Positions 46,861 to 59,304 of a DNA stretch of 64,000 bases are shown here, piece after piece (position 1 is the stretch's first letter; each line of letters starts with the position of its first letter). The notes under the pieces are model-generated. The model saw only the letters and a program-made list of their open reading frames with translations. It was not told where the DNA came from and searched no databases. A program made the position numbers and the translations under genes. Origin of the DNA: a virus (lineage: Duplodnaviria > Caudoviricetes); IMG/VR virus record IMGVR_UViG_3300021254_000026, positions 32,001 through 96,000 of that record. One strand, 5' to 3'.

Positions 46861-47610
46861 ATGAGTAAAGTATTAGTCATTCCAGATATTCATTGTCGTA
46901 ATTTCTGGGAAAAACCTTGTGAAGAATGGGATGGAGAAATTGTCTTTTTAGGTGATTTCTTCGATCCTTATCCTCAAGAAAAGATTGAAAATCCATATGA
47001 AAACGCAAGAAAAGCTATTAAATTTATTCTTAAAAACAAGGAACGAGTTACTATTATTCCAGGAAACCACGACCTTCATTATATCTTTGAAAAAGAAGGA
47101 TTTATTCAAGGAAGTAGATTTTGTAGAGACAAAGAGCCAAGACAATTATTGCAAAAAATTAAAGAATTATTTAAAGGAGCTTTAATTAAAGATGATGTAA
47201 TATTTAGTCATGCTGGAATTTCTGAGGATTGGGCATATTCTTTTCTTGACGAATTTATGAAACGTGATGTATCTTCTTTATTAAACTGTGATTGTGTTTT
47301 AGAAACGGCGGAAATATTACAAGATACTCCATTAACTAATTATAACCAAGAATATATTCAAGCTTTATCCATGATAGGTTTTGAAAGAGGCGGAATTGAG
47401 CCATGTGGATCTTGTGTATGGGCTGATGTATCAGAACATTTTACTATAAAAATGTCCGGTTTTAGTCCTAAATATTATAGTAAATATCAAATATTTGGAC
47501 ATACTTGGTTAAAGAATCCGATAATTCATGATTGGTGGGCTTGTTTAGATTGTGGAGGAAAGGCTTTCATTGTAGATACAGAAACTCGTGAAATAAAAGA
47601 ATATGTATAA
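46861..47610 (+). CDS. Metallophosphoesterase
   Basis: PDIH, GDFFD, GNHD, SHAG, FGHT. Confidence 0.88.
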   Translation: MSKVLVIPDIHCRNFWEKPCEEWDGEIVFLGDFFDPYPQEKIENPYENARKAIKFILKNKERVTIIPGNHDLHYIFEKEGFIQGSRFCRDKEPRQLLQKIKELFKGALIKDDVIFSHAGISEDWAYSFLDEFMKRDVSSLLNCDCVLETAEILQDTPLTNYNQEYIQALSMIGFERGGIEPCGSCVWADVSEHFTIKMSGFSPKYYSKYQIFGHTWLKNPIIHDWWACLDCGGKAFIVDTETREIKEYV

Positions 47611-47861
47611 TGCATATATAACATATATAAATAAACGGGATAGAGAATATTTAGAAAAAGTAAATACTCAAATTCCTGTTTATTTATATTTTTTTGATAT
47701 GAATTCTTACTCTAATAAGAAAAATGGATGGAAAATTAAAAATGTAGCAGGTGCTAAATTAGATCCGTTTGTTTTAGTTAAAGATGAAAAAGATAAGATA
47801 ATTAAAGCATTTTATTCTGAATCTGGAAAAAATGCAATTAATCAATTAATTGAATTTTTAA

Positions 47862-48347
47862 ATGCAAATAAAAGTAAAGAAGCTTAATGAAAATGCAGTT
47901 TTGCCACATTATGCTCACTATGGAACTGATATGGGTGCTGATTTAACAGCTATAGATTATAAATATGATCCAGAAAAAGATAGATATATTTATAAAACCG
48001 GATTAGCATTTGAAATTCCGAAAGGTTTCGGAATGTTAATTGTACCTAGAAGCTCTAACGGTAAAACAGAAGCTTATCTTGCGAATCATGTAGGAGTTAT
48101 TGATTCAAATTATAGAGGAGAAGTGATGTTTATTTATAAGCTTAGAACTCGTAGACAAGATTTATTCCCCGATGTTGATGAAAAGTTAGCTTCTCTTGAA
48201 ATGGAAAATGAATTAGCTCCTTATAAAATTGGAGATAGAATTGGGCAAGCTATAATCTTGCCATATCCTATTATTGACTATATAGAATCTGATGAATTAA
48301 GTGAAACCGATCGAGGTGAAGGTGGTTTTGGTAGTACTGGAAATTAA
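47862..48347 (+). CDS. dut: dUTPase
   Basis: GADL, PRSS, GVIDSNYRGE, RIGQ, RGEGGFGSTG. Confidence 0.95.
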   Translation: MQIKVKKLNENAVLPHYAHYGTDMGADLTAIDYKYDPEKDRYIYKTGLAFEIPKGFGMLIVPRSSNGKTEAYLANHVGVIDSNYRGEVMFIYKLRTRRQDLFPDVDEKLASLEMENELAPYKIGDRIGQAIILPYPIIDYIESDELSETDRGEGGFGSTGN

Positions 48348-49010
48348 TAAAATTATGATTACATTTGAAGAATTTAAATCTGCTATTAATTCTTTATCTA
48401 AGATAAACAATTTTATAGACAATTTAGAACAAATTACAAAATTAAATATTTCTGAATCAGATTTAGTGCAAGAAACTTGGAAATTATTTGATTTATTTAT
48501 AAATTCTCATTTTACTGAAGAAGCTTCTGATTTAATATTTTGGTGGATTTACGAAGAAGTACCTAAGGTAATATATCAAGATAGTATTTTTGGAAAAGAC
48601 GAGATTAATGTAGAAAATATTGAAGATCTTTGGAAATATATGATAAGTGAAAAAGAAATATATTTTAAGTAATAATGATAAAAGTTAGTGATAAAATAAG
48701 GATAGATGTAGATTATCGATATTTATATAATATAAAGTTATATCGTGATCCACATAGAACTCAATTAGAATACTATTCACAGAAGTTTTATTTAAATGAA
48801 AAAGTTTGTATAAAATATCCTATAATTCTTATCTATTATAACGATGAACATTTCTTTTGGGATAGTACTAGAATATATGATGTAAATATAATTAAAGATA
48901 TTTTAAAAAGAAATCTTTCTTCTTCCGAATCAAAGGAATTTCTAAATAATGATACTCTTATGATAAAATTTGATTTAGATGTTATTCCTCTGAAAAATGT
49001 ACTATAATTT

Positions 49011-50249
49011 ATGAATAACTTTTTTAAAGAAATTCCAAATGAAAGAACCGAATATTTAATATCTCGTGATACTAAAGGCAAAATCAGACTTTGTATCTTT
49101 AGCTACGAATATGATCAAGATAACAAAAAATTTATAATTCATCGAATATCTGGACAATTAGGTGGTAAAAGAACTAATCAGCCAGATAAAGAAGTTCTTC
49201 GTGGAAAAGCTAAAAGAAGTTTACCTGAACAAGTCGAACTTGAGTTTAATCATTTAGTTAAAGAAAAACTCGATAAAGGTTATAAATTAATTGATAAAGA
49301 TCCTGAAGAATATTCTGAATCTGAATTGAATGAAATCCTCGGTGAAATTATTACAAGTCAAGATGGTATTCCCAAGCCGATGTTAGCTAAGCAATCCGAT
49401 AAAGTAACTAACATTAAAACTTTTGATAAAGAGTATTACGCTTCGAGAAAAATTGATGGATTGAGAGCGTTAATATATATGGGAGACGATGGAGAACTTC
49501 ATACTGCTTCTCGTGGAGCAATGAATTACGATTCTGCTATGGTTGAAATTCTTACTCATCCCGATCTTATTGAATATTTTAAAAATTATCCAGGTCTTAT
49601 TCTTGATGGAGAAGTATATCGTCATGGAATGAGTCTTCAAAAGATTAATTCTATTGCTAGAACACAGGTAAAAGCTACTGATTATAGTGTATTACAATTC
49701 TATTTATACGATATTGTAGATTTGCAATTACCTTTTGAAAAACGACTTGAAAAAATAAATGAATTAGCTAAAGATTTAAATTTAACTTTTGAACCAGAAA
49801 GGACTTTCAATGATAACGAACTTCGAATTCAAGTAGTTCCTCATGAAAAAATATCAGGATGGAATAATATTAAATCTTTACACGACAAATATGTGTCTGA
49901 GGGTTGGGAAGGTGTTGTAATAAGACTTGCAGACAGTTTATATAAACCTAATTCTCGTACAAATTCTTGGATTAAAGTAAAACAATATAAAGATTCTGAA
50001 TTTAAAATTATTGGATATGAATTGGGTTTACGTGGAAATGAAGATATGACATTTAGATGCATTACAGAAGATGGAATTGAATTTTTAGCTAAACCTTGGG
50101 GCGATAGAGAATTAAAAGACTGGTATATTGAAAACTTTAATGAAGAATGTTTAAATCAATATGCTGTTGTAAAATATTTCTATCTTAGTGATGATGGAAC
50201 TCCACTTCAACCTTCTGTAAAATGTGTTAGACTTAAAAGTGATATGTAA
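49011..50249 (+). CDS. ATP-dependent DNA ligase
   Basis: PMLA, KIDG.R, LDGE, EGVVIR, WIKVK. Confidence 0.92.
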   Translation: MNNFFKEIPNERTEYLISRDTKGKIRLCIFSYEYDQDNKKFIIHRISGQLGGKRTNQPDKEVLRGKAKRSLPEQVELEFNHLVKEKLDKGYKLIDKDPEEYSESELNEILGEIITSQDGIPKPMLAKQSDKVTNIKTFDKEYYASRKIDGLRALIYMGDDGELHTASRGAMNYDSAMVEILTHPDLIEYFKNYPGLILDGEVYRHGMSLQKINSIARTQVKATDYSVLQFYLYDIVDLQLPFEKRLEKINELAKDLNLTFEPERTFNDNELRIQVVPHEKISGWNNIKSLHDKYVSEGWEGVVIRLADSLYKPNSRTNSWIKVKQYKDSEFKIIGYELGLRGNEDMTFRCITEDGIEFLAKPWGDRELKDWYIENFNEECLNQYAVVKYFYLSDDGTPLQPSVKCVRLKSDM

Positions 50250-51016
50250 TTATGAAAGAGTATTTGTTAAAAATATTATCTCAATTATCTGAGGATTGGA
50301 ATATCGTAGAATACGAAGAATCTAAATTTATTAGAGTTATTATAAGTGGAGGTGAAAATGGGTTAGGAAAATTTTCTAATTATACGTTACAACTAAATTC
50401 ATTAGCTAATAAATTAGAAGAAACATTTTCTGAAGTGTGGCTTATTAAATGGGAAAATGATGTATTAGATGATATTTGGTATTTAGAGTTAGGGTTAATG
50501 CCATGACCGACAACTTTCAAATTGTAGTTAATTCTACTTTATTGAGAGAGTTTCCAAAAAATATATTTCTTCTTTATTACGCTAGGTTTTATTATAACTC
50601 TGATGAAGATCTAACTAATGAGGGCGTAATTCAAAATAACATTAAAGATTTGTTAGATTGGGATGCTAATGGAGATTCGGGTTTAGAGATTTTTTGCTCT
50701 AAATTCGAATCTCTAAAGAAAAAAGATTTAAAAATGTTAACGAATTATATTATAGATAAAGCTGATGAAATAAAGAAAAAAGCAAAAGAACCAATTAAGC
50801 TTAGAAAGTTAGAACATTATAAGATAATTCGAAGTGAACAAGAAAAACAAGAAGAAAAGATAAAAACACATTTTTGTGATGAAAATTATGAAGCAAATCC
50901 TTATGGTAAACCAGCTAAAGAAACTGTTTATGAAGGAAGAGTTTATAAGTCAAGACAAGAATGTATGTATAAAGAAGGATTAACAAAAGCTCAATTATAC
51001 AAGTATCTAAAAAATA

Positions 51017-51853
51017 ATGAAAAATTTTAAGATAACTAAAAATATTCTTAATGAAAAAAGTGATGTACTTTTAGATTATTTTAATGATATTCGAGGAATC
51101 GGACTTATTAATCAAGATAAGGAAAAAGAGTTGGCTATAAAAGCTAAATCTGGTGATCAAAAAGCTTTAGATACTTTAATAAAATCAAATCTAAGGTTCG
51201 TTATAAGTTGCGCTAAACAATATGTAAATCAAGGAGTAGAGTTAATAGACCTTATTTCAGCTGGAAATTATGGGCTTTTACAAGCAGCGCGAAATTATGA
51301 TCCCGATAAAGGATATAGATTTTTAACTTATGCTGTGTGGTATATTAGAAGAGAAATATTAAAAGAAATTTATAATAACGGAAGAACAATTCGTTATCCT
51401 ATTACTTTTATAACTAATGTGTCTAAAGTTAAAAAAGCATATGATAAATTTATAAAAGAAAATAATAGAGAACCTTCTGAAGATGAGTTATTAGAATTAG
51501 CCGATGTTTCTAAAAAACAATATGATTCTGTAAATTTAAATAAAAATTATTGTCAATCATTAGAAACTCCTATTTACGAAGATGCTACTCTTGAAGATGT
51601 TGTATTGGATGATTCTGTTGATATAGAACAAAATTTTGTTACTGATGCTATATTAAATTGTATTAATAGATTACCTGAGCGTGAAAGAATTATAATTAGA
51701 GAATATTTTGGAATAGGGTGTGTAAATAAGAAAATTCCAGAAATAGCAGAGGAGTTAGGGTTGGGTAATGAACGAGTAAGACAATTAAAGAAATCAGGGT
51801 TACAAAGATTAGAAAAATATAAAAATATATTAAAACCTTTGTTAAATGGCTAA
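51017..51853 (+). CDS. Sigma70-family RNA polymerase sigma factor
   Basis: SNLRFVISCAKQY, DLISAGNYGL, YRFLTYAVWYIR, region 4 ERVRQL. Confidence 0.92.
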   Translation: MKNFKITKNILNEKSDVLLDYFNDIRGIGLINQDKEKELAIKAKSGDQKALDTLIKSNLRFVISCAKQYVNQGVELIDLISAGNYGLLQAARNYDPDKGYRFLTYAVWYIRREILKEIYNNGRTIRYPITFITNVSKVKKAYDKFIKENNREPSEDELLELADVSKKQYDSVNLNKNYCQSLETPIYEDATLEDVVLDDSVDIEQNFVTDAILNCINRLPERERIIIREYFGIGCVNKKIPEIAEELGLGNERVRQLKKSGLQRLEKYKNILKPLLNG

Positions 51854-52735
51854 AAAAAGTATTGAAAAAAGACTTAAACCCGACTATCATATTTTGATAG
51901 AATTTCCAGATGGAAAAAAGATTTCTAAATCTAACTTATTAATATCTCAATTATTTAATATTTATTTCATAAATTTAGATAAAAATCTTTCTGTGAAGAA
52001 ATACTCTATACACGATGCAGATTCTATTATGAACAAATATGATGAATTATTCAAAAATTGTAAAGTTAAAATTCAATATACAGATAGTTGGGGTCATAGA
52101 TGGAAAGGCAAAGAAGCCTGGCCGAGAAGAGAAAAATTTATTAATTATTTAAAAGAAAGAATATTAAATTATGAAACTTATTGCTAGTGAAGAGTCTACG
52201 ACATTCTACGAATTTGATGAAAATGTTTTAGAAGAATATAAAGATTGGGCAACAGCATATGAAAAACCTTTGTCTAAAACATCCTTTACAGAATTTATTT
52301 TCGATTACAACGATATTGAAGAATATAAGATTGATACAGATTATTCAGGAGATCTTAAATTTAGAAGCTTTAATGAGTGGATTAATCAATAATGACAGAA
52401 AAAGAATTTTTAGAAAAGAGAGAACCTTTTTGGTTAGAAGGTGAAGATTTAAAAATTGTTATGCCTACTAATTCAGATAGGCAAGATATACATTCTCATT
52501 TATGTAAAAAGTATGGATATAATTGGCTTTATGCTTTAAGAGGATATTGGATGCCTGATCAACATTTTGCCATACTTTATTCTGGAGACTATGAAACTCC
52601 TAATTGTACTATAATGGTTGCTCAATATTTACTAAATTACTTTCCAGAAGTTGAATGGATAGGTTTTGGATGTAATAAAGGAAAACCTGGAGAAATTTGG
52701 GAGCCTAAGATTATAGTTAAAAAGGGTGATAAATT

Positions 52736-55700
52736 ATGATAGTTGAAATATATGATTTAGAATGTCTATCTAATTTATTTACTTATACTGGATATATACC
52801 ACATACTAACGAATGGTTTCAATATGTAATATCTGATTGGAGAAATGATGCTGAAGAGTTATATAATCATTTAACTAGAGGAAATTTTATAATGTGTGGA
52901 TTTAATAACAACGCTTATGACTATCCTCTTCTTCATCATTTTCTTCGACATTTTAAAGGAGATTATGAATATAAATCAGGTTTAGACATAGCAACTAAAC
53001 TTTATGAAAAATCTCAATATTTAATTGAAGAACAATTTACAGAGGTTAAAAAACCTTTAATTCCCCAAATTGATTTATATAAGATATGGCATTACAACAA
53101 TAAGGCACGTCATAGTTCGTAAACTAAAATTAGCGAACTTTAAACCAAATAAATTGCGGGGAACCCCTTAGAGCTTAATCTACAGCACATTACAGTAATG
53201 TAAATGGTAGCAAATAAGTTAATGCTTATTGAATTGTAAAAACGATTAAGATTGGGCAATCACATTAAAACGCAGCCAAGTTTCCATTTTATGGAAAAAG
53301 GTTCAACGACTATCCTTTTATAGGAGTAGAAATGTGTTTAATCATCATATTTCGAAAAATTTGGCATAATATTTTGATACTTTGATAATTGATAATATAT
53401 TTATAATAATAAAATTAAAAGTTATTATGAATATAAAAAAATTATCAGAAATACCTACATGTAGTGGAATTTATCGTTTTACTAATACAGAAAATGGAAA
53501 AATCTATGTAGGTAGCGCAAAAAACCTTAGAAAGAGATACGGAAAACATATAAGTTGTCTCAGATTAAATAAACATCATTCTAAACATTTTCAAAATGCT
53601 TGGAATAAATACGGGGAAGATAAATTTAAATATGATATTATTGAATTTGTTGATGATATTTCAATTCTCTTAGTAAGAGAACAATATTATCTTGATACAT
53701 TATTATTTGCTCAAGAATACATTAGAAAAGAATCTAATAAATTTCTTGAATTAGGTTATAATATAAATCCTTGTTCTTCTAATAGATTGGGTGCAGTTCA
53801 ATCAGAAGAATCTATAAGAAAAATAATATTAGCTAAAGCAATTCCAATACTTCAATATGATTTTAATGGAAATTTTATAGCTGAATATATATCTTGTGGA
53901 GAAGCTTCTAGATTTTTAAATATAGATGTTCATCTCATAGCTTCATGTTGTAAACATCAACAAGAATATACACATGAATTTTTCTTTATTTATAAAAAAG
54001 AATTAGAGAATTACAAAGATTATTTTGAATCTTTAAAAGAATCTCCATTTATACCACAAGTTTGGAATAAAGGATTGAAAGGAATTAGACCCAATAAAGA
54101 TGATTGTTTGATAGTGTTTGATAGATATGGAAGATATATTAATACTTTTGCTTATCAAGTCGATATAGCAAAATTTATTGGATGTACAACTGCAAATTTA
54201 TCTAAAGCTAAAAACATAAAAATAATAAAAAATTATTTAGTATTTGATTTAAATTTTGATTATCAATCTAAAATAGAAGAAATTAGAAACGAATATTCTT
54301 TTATTTACACTTTAAATCAAATTCCAGATAAAATAATGATGTACGATAATTTTGAGAACTTTATTAGTGGATTTGAAAGTGTTCATGAAGCAAGTCTAAT
54401 AACAGGATTAAAAGAAGCTTCTATATATGATGTTTTATGTGGAAGAAGAAAACAAAATAAAGGTTTTATTTTTAAATATTATGATGATATAGTCTAATCT
54501 ACATAGAAATATGTAGGTTATCAAAGTTAGAGTGATTAACTAACATAAAATTTGATAACACAATGTAAAAGACCTTGAAATAGCAATGAGAATGGATAAT
54601 GTTGAAGAAATGCCTATTCATCATACTCATTGGTGTAATAAAGAAGATTGTAATTTGATATTAGAGTATAACAAAAATGACGTAGAAGCTACTTATAGAT
54701 TTCTTCTTGTCACTTTAGGCAAAACAGACTATCCGTTATATAAAGGAAAAAATAAACTTCAACTTCGATTCGATTTAAATAAAAAATTTGGAGTAAACGT
54801 AACTAATATGGGCGATGTTCCAATGGGTGAAGAATTAATGTTACAATTATATTCTAGAGCCGTTGGAATAAATCCATATGAACTTAAAAGACAAGGTGGA
54901 ACACCACGCTCCGAAATTAAATTGAAAGATTGTATTCCATATTGGTGTAATATAAAATCTAAAGAATTTAATAAATTTCTAGATAAAATTAAATCTACTA
55001 TTATTAAAGGTGAAAAAGGAGAATTTTCTTATTCTGTAATTTTTCATGAAAATAAGTTTGATTTTGGAATTGGGGGTGCTCATAGTTCAATAAAACCAGG
55101 AGTATATGAATCAAATGATTATTGGCAAATAGTAGATTTTGATATTTCATCACTATATCCAAGTGTAGCTAAATCTTTAGGTTTATATCCAGCACATCTT
55201 GGTCCAGAATTTATGCAATTATATTCTCAGTTTATCGACAAACGAATTGCTGAAAAACATAAACCTAAAAATGAACGAGATAATGTTCTTATTGAAGGAT
55301 TTAAACTTATACTCAATGGAACCTACGGTAAGAGTAATGAAGATAAGTCTTTTCTTTATGATCCAATGTATACTTTTAGTACAACTATTGCAGGACAACT
55401 ATTTATATGTATGTGGGCTGAAAGAATGGTAAAAGCTTGTCCAGAACTAGTGTTCTTGCAAACAAATACGGATGGAATAACCGTAAGAATACCTAGAAAA
55501 TCCTTACAAGCTATTAGAGAAGTTAATGAACAATTAACTAAAGAAACAACACTAGTTATTGAAGAAGCGTTCTATTCTAAGATGTTTTTAAGGGATGTAA
55601 ATAATTACGGAGCTGTATATGAAGATTCTACACCTGATAATGAACATATTAAATTAAAAGGAGACTTTGAGATAGATAAAGAATTTCACAAAGATCCTTC

Positions 55701-56139
55701 TATGAGAATTGTTCCTCTTGCTGTAAAAGAATATTTTGTATATGGAATTCCTGTTGAAGAAACAATAAAAAATAACAGAGATATTTTTAATTTTTGTATA
55801 AGATTAAAAACAAATTCTGGATGTACTGCATATTTCAAGTATTTTGACGAAAACAAGCACCTAAAGGATAAACCTCTAGATAGAACAACTCGATATTACA
55901 TAAGTAATGGTTATATAGGATTAGATCCTACGTCAGAAAATGGAATTATAACTAAAAATTTCAACGACGGAAGAATAACTGGAGTAAATGTTGGGTTTTC
56001 AGCAACTTTATTTAATAAAGTTATAAAATTAGATAATTGGGAAGATTATCATATTGATTATAAATTTTATATATCTGAAGCTAATAAATTAAAGAACCCG
56101 TTAGCTATTAAACAATTAGATTTATTTAGTGATTTATGA
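52736..56139 (+). CDS. Family B DNA polymerase, spliced: exons 52736-53120 and 54566-56139
   Basis: Exo YDLE, FNNNAYD; pol DISSLYP, KLILNGTYGK, NTDG; junction ARHSSLKDLEIAMRMD. Confidence 0.92.
53121..54565 (+). mobile_element. Group I intron in the DNA polymerase gene
   Basis: P1 AGTTCGT/GCGAACT with U.G pair; AAATTGCGGG, CGCAGCC, TTCAACGACTA, GATATAGTCT; terminal G at 54565. Confidence 0.92.
53427..54497 (+). CDS. Intron-encoded GIY-YIG homing endonuclease
   Basis: SGIYRFTN...IYVGSA, RYGKH, REQYY, GYNI, NUMOD1-like repeats. Confidence 0.92.
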   Translation: MNIKKLSEIPTCSGIYRFTNTENGKIYVGSAKNLRKRYGKHISCLRLNKHHSKHFQNAWNKYGEDKFKYDIIEFVDDISILLVREQYYLDTLLFAQEYIRKESNKFLELGYNINPCSSNRLGAVQSEESIRKIILAKAIPILQYDFNGNFIAEYISCGEASRFLNIDVHLIASCCKHQQEYTHEFFFIYKKELENYKDYFESLKESPFIPQVWNKGLKGIRPNKDDCLIVFDRYGRYINTFAYQVDIAKFIGCTTANLSKAKNIKIIKNYLVFDLNFDYQSKIEEIRNEYSFIYTLNQIPDKIMMYDNFENFISGFESVHEASLITGLKEASIYDVLCGRRKQNKGFIFKYYDDIV

Positions 56140-56607
56140 AATTAGAAGAAGTAGTTCCTGAAATGACTGAACAAAATTTTCAGTACGAAGTAAATAAAAT
56201 AATTGAAGCTCAAAAGAAACCAGGAAGTATTTATTACCCTTTATTTAGAGATAGAAATTGGACTTTTGAGGAATTAATTAATGAATTATCATTAATACAA
56301 AATAAAACAAGTAATTTGTCAAGATTTAAACGTGATGCTGTTAGTACAATAATACATGCAGCTTTACTGAATATGGTTAAAACTGAAGAGTGATGTGGAC
56401 ATTGTTAATATACTTAATAGGTAGTTTTTACGCCTTTATGTTAGTTTTACAAATGTATTCTAATGAATATAATAATGAGATTCCAGAATTAAATGAACTT
56501 AAGAGAGATTATCCTGAAGCTATTATTATATTTTGTTTTGCAACACTAACATCGTGGTTATATGTAATATTGTATATTGTAGCTAATATATCTAATAAAT
56601 ATAGAAA

Positions 56608-57537
56608 ATGAAATTTATTAACCCATCTGTAGAACTATACCCTCAGGAGAATTATACTCTTGAGGGCATATATAAACAAATAGAAAAATGTGCTAGAGTG
56701 TCTTATAAATCAGAAGATAAGATCACAGAAACATCTAGTAAAACATTTGTAGATAATCTTATTAAAGCTGGACATTATGCTCCATTAGAATTTGGAACTG
56801 TATATTTATACTTAGAAATAAATACAGAAAATGCTTTTAGTAAGTTTGAATATCCTTTAGCTCACTTTACAGCAGGTTATAATTGGTCAGATGTTGTAGG
56901 AAGTATTGCTGCAAGATATAGAACAAACCAGTACTCAAAAGTTAGTCAAGTTATTGAAACCTCTAAAACTGAATCTGGAAGTACAAAGGTTATTCGAAAA
57001 TATTTTATAACAAGTAATTACAGAGCAATTATCGAGAATAGTTGGCAAGACGATTTACAATTTGTATGTACTCCGACAGAACATCACATTAAAAGATATT
57101 GTGTTAAGTTCACTACTGATATTGGTACAGCGAGAGAATTTACTAGACACAGAGTATTTAGTTTTATGCAAGAAAGTACTCGATACTGTAACTATTCTAA
57201 AGGAAAATTCAACGAAGAACTTGCGGTGATAGTTCCTTGTAAATCAGATTGGAACGGTGTAGAAGGTAACGCTTATTATCAAATGTTAGGTCTTTTAGAT
57301 GATATAGAACGAGTATATATGATGGGAGCTAAAGAGGGGATAAAACCTCAGATACTAAGAGATATATTACCTTTAAGAACTAAAACTGAGTTAGTAATGT
57401 GTGGATTTGAAGATGACTGGAAACACTTCTTTAATTTAAGATTAAGAGGTACTACAGGTGCTCCACACCCTGATGCAAAAGAAGTATCACAGTTAGCTTG
57501 GGATTTATTTAAAGAAACTTATAAAATTGAATTATAA
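56608..57537 (+). CDS. thyX: Flavin-dependent thymidylate synthase
   Basis: GHYAPLE, REFTRHR.FSFMQESTRY, FFNLR, AHP-like end. Confidence 0.92.
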   Translation: MKFINPSVELYPQENYTLEGIYKQIEKCARVSYKSEDKITETSSKTFVDNLIKAGHYAPLEFGTVYLYLEINTENAFSKFEYPLAHFTAGYNWSDVVGSIAARYRTNQYSKVSQVIETSKTESGSTKVIRKYFITSNYRAIIENSWQDDLQFVCTPTEHHIKRYCVKFTTDIGTAREFTRHRVFSFMQESTRYCNYSKGKFNEELAVIVPCKSDWNGVEGNAYYQMLGLLDDIERVYMMGAKEGIKPQILRDILPLRTKTELVMCGFEDDWKHFFNLRLRGTTGAPHPDAKEVSQLAWDLFKETYKIEL

Positions 57538-57718
57538 TCTTAGTGATAAACAACAGAATATTGTTGATGCTTTAGAAGAACTAGGTTGGACAATCGTAGG
57601 TATAAAATGAACAATTGAGTCCGGAATTGGTCCTAATTGTATTCTGTATTATAAGTTAACTAAATCGAATCTGAAACAAATAGGAAGTGAAATAAGAAGT
57701 AATTGTATTTATAGATAA
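57527..57718 (+). CDS. Small hypothetical protein with in-frame TGA at 57608
   Basis: 64-codon frame filling the gap after thyX; TTG start uncertain. Confidence 0.4.
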
Positions 57719-58302
57719 ACAATGAGATACATAGATAAATATCCAAAATGTGTAGGGTGTCCCGTAGAAAAGTATTGCGGGACTGCTGTAAGTAGTATTA
57801 GACTGTGTAATTCTTATGAGAAAACTGAAAATTAAGAAACATTATTGTGAAGAGTGTGGAAAAGAGTTATCAGAACAAGAATATATAAACAATGATTCTC
57901 TTTGTAATAAATGTTATGAATCTTTATCGGAATGAAAAAAGTTATTAATTTAAAATCAAGACAAGATGATGATTATACTTTAATTTGGGTAGAAGGTAAT
58001 TTATATAAAGCTGATTTTGGTGAAATGATGGAATGGGTAAGATTTGGTGGAGATGGAATTAATGGATCTTATGATTTTGTTGATCCACCAGGTGGACCGT
58101 TTATTCACATTGGTTATAAATTACCAACTGGGGAAACAGTTGAATCTATTAAAGTTGACAGAGGAATATATTTAACTTTGAAAAATGAATGAATTGATTG
58201 ACGATCTTAAAATAAAATTAGAAAGTTTCTTTCGCATTATTCCTGGATATTTTAATATAAAACAAGAAATATTAGATTTAGTGAATAAAATAAAAAGAAC
58301 TT

Positions 58303-58572
58303 ATGAGTAACGTAAATCATCCTTCACATTATAATACTAATAATCCAACAATATATTTTAATAATGGAAAAGAGATTATTGAAATTCCTGTAGAATGTAT
58401 TGACGTTATTAGAGATATGCCTTCGTGGAAGGGAAATGCCATTAAATATCTTTGGAGAGAAGGTTTAAAAGAAGATAGTTCCTTATCTGAGGTAGAAAAA
58501 GAGATCGAAGATCTTGAAAAAGCTATTTGGTATATTCAAGATAAAATTAATCAATTAAAATTTAAACTATGA
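58303..58572 (+). CDS. DUF3310 domain protein
   Basis: VNHPSHY, ECIDVI, GNAIKY.WR, EDLEKA.WY. Confidence 0.85.
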   Translation: MSNVNHPSHYNTNNPTIYFNNGKEIIEIPVECIDVIRDMPSWKGNAIKYLWREGLKEDSSLSEVEKEIEDLEKAIWYIQDKINQLKFKL

Positions 58573-58719
58573 ATTGGAGTAAATTAGACTGGAAATTAAA
58601 GTACGCAGTAGTACTTATTGCAACAGCTGCTGTATTGGTAGGACTTGCATTTTTGAGTTCATTAACTTAAAATTTAAATAGGGAGAGATTTAAATCTCTC
58701 CCTTATTAATTATTAAAAT

Positions 58720-58863
58720 ATGACATTTATAATTCATTTTAAAAATAAACCCAGAAAAACATATTCTAACCGATATAACGAAGATATTGAATACGAAAGA
58801 GACGCTGCTTGGGATGACGTATATAGTCAATTTCCAGATGCAGATTATATAGAAGAATTTTAG
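58720..58863 (+). CDS. 47-aa protein ending in TAG, in frame with the downstream HAD gene
   Basis: MTFIIHFK...YIEEF-TAG-GTT-ATG(58867). Confidence 0.6.
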   Translation: MTFIIHFKNKPRKTYSNRYNEDIEYERDAAWDDVYSQFPDADYIEEF

Positions 58864-58866
58864 GTT

Positions 58867-59304
58867 ATGATTATAGCTATTGATTTTGACGGAACTTGTG
58901 TTACACATGAATATCCTAAAATAGGTAAAAATATTGGAGCAGCTCCAGTATTAAGAAAGTTAGTAGAATGTGGACACAAACTAATTTTATTTACTATGCG
59001 CAGTGACTTAAACGGTGATTTAGGAGATGCTTTAAAATGGTTTGAAAAAGAAAATATTCCACTTTATGGAATTAATGAAAATCCTTCCCAAACTTGGAGT
59101 ACTTCGCCTAAAGCTTATGCTCATTACTACATTGACGATTCGGCAATAGGATGTCCTACTACTAGTAACTATTATTTAAATAGACCTCATGTAGATTGGT
59201 TTGAAATAGCAGAAATTTTAGATAACTTAGGTGCTTTTTCAAATATTACAACAAATGAAGAATGGAATAATTTGTTAGAAGAAATAGACAATGACTATAC
59301 ATAA
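58867..59304 (+). CDS. HAD-superfamily hydrolase (BT0820-like)
   Basis: IAIDFDGT, LFTMRS, INENP, YIDD. Confidence 0.88.
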   Translation: MIIAIDFDGTCVTHEYPKIGKNIGAAPVLRKLVECGHKLILFTMRSDLNGDLGDALKWFEKENIPLYGINENPSQTWSTSPKAYAHYYIDDSAIGCPTTSNYYLNRPHVDWFEIAEILDNLGAFSNITTNEEWNNLLEEIDNDYT

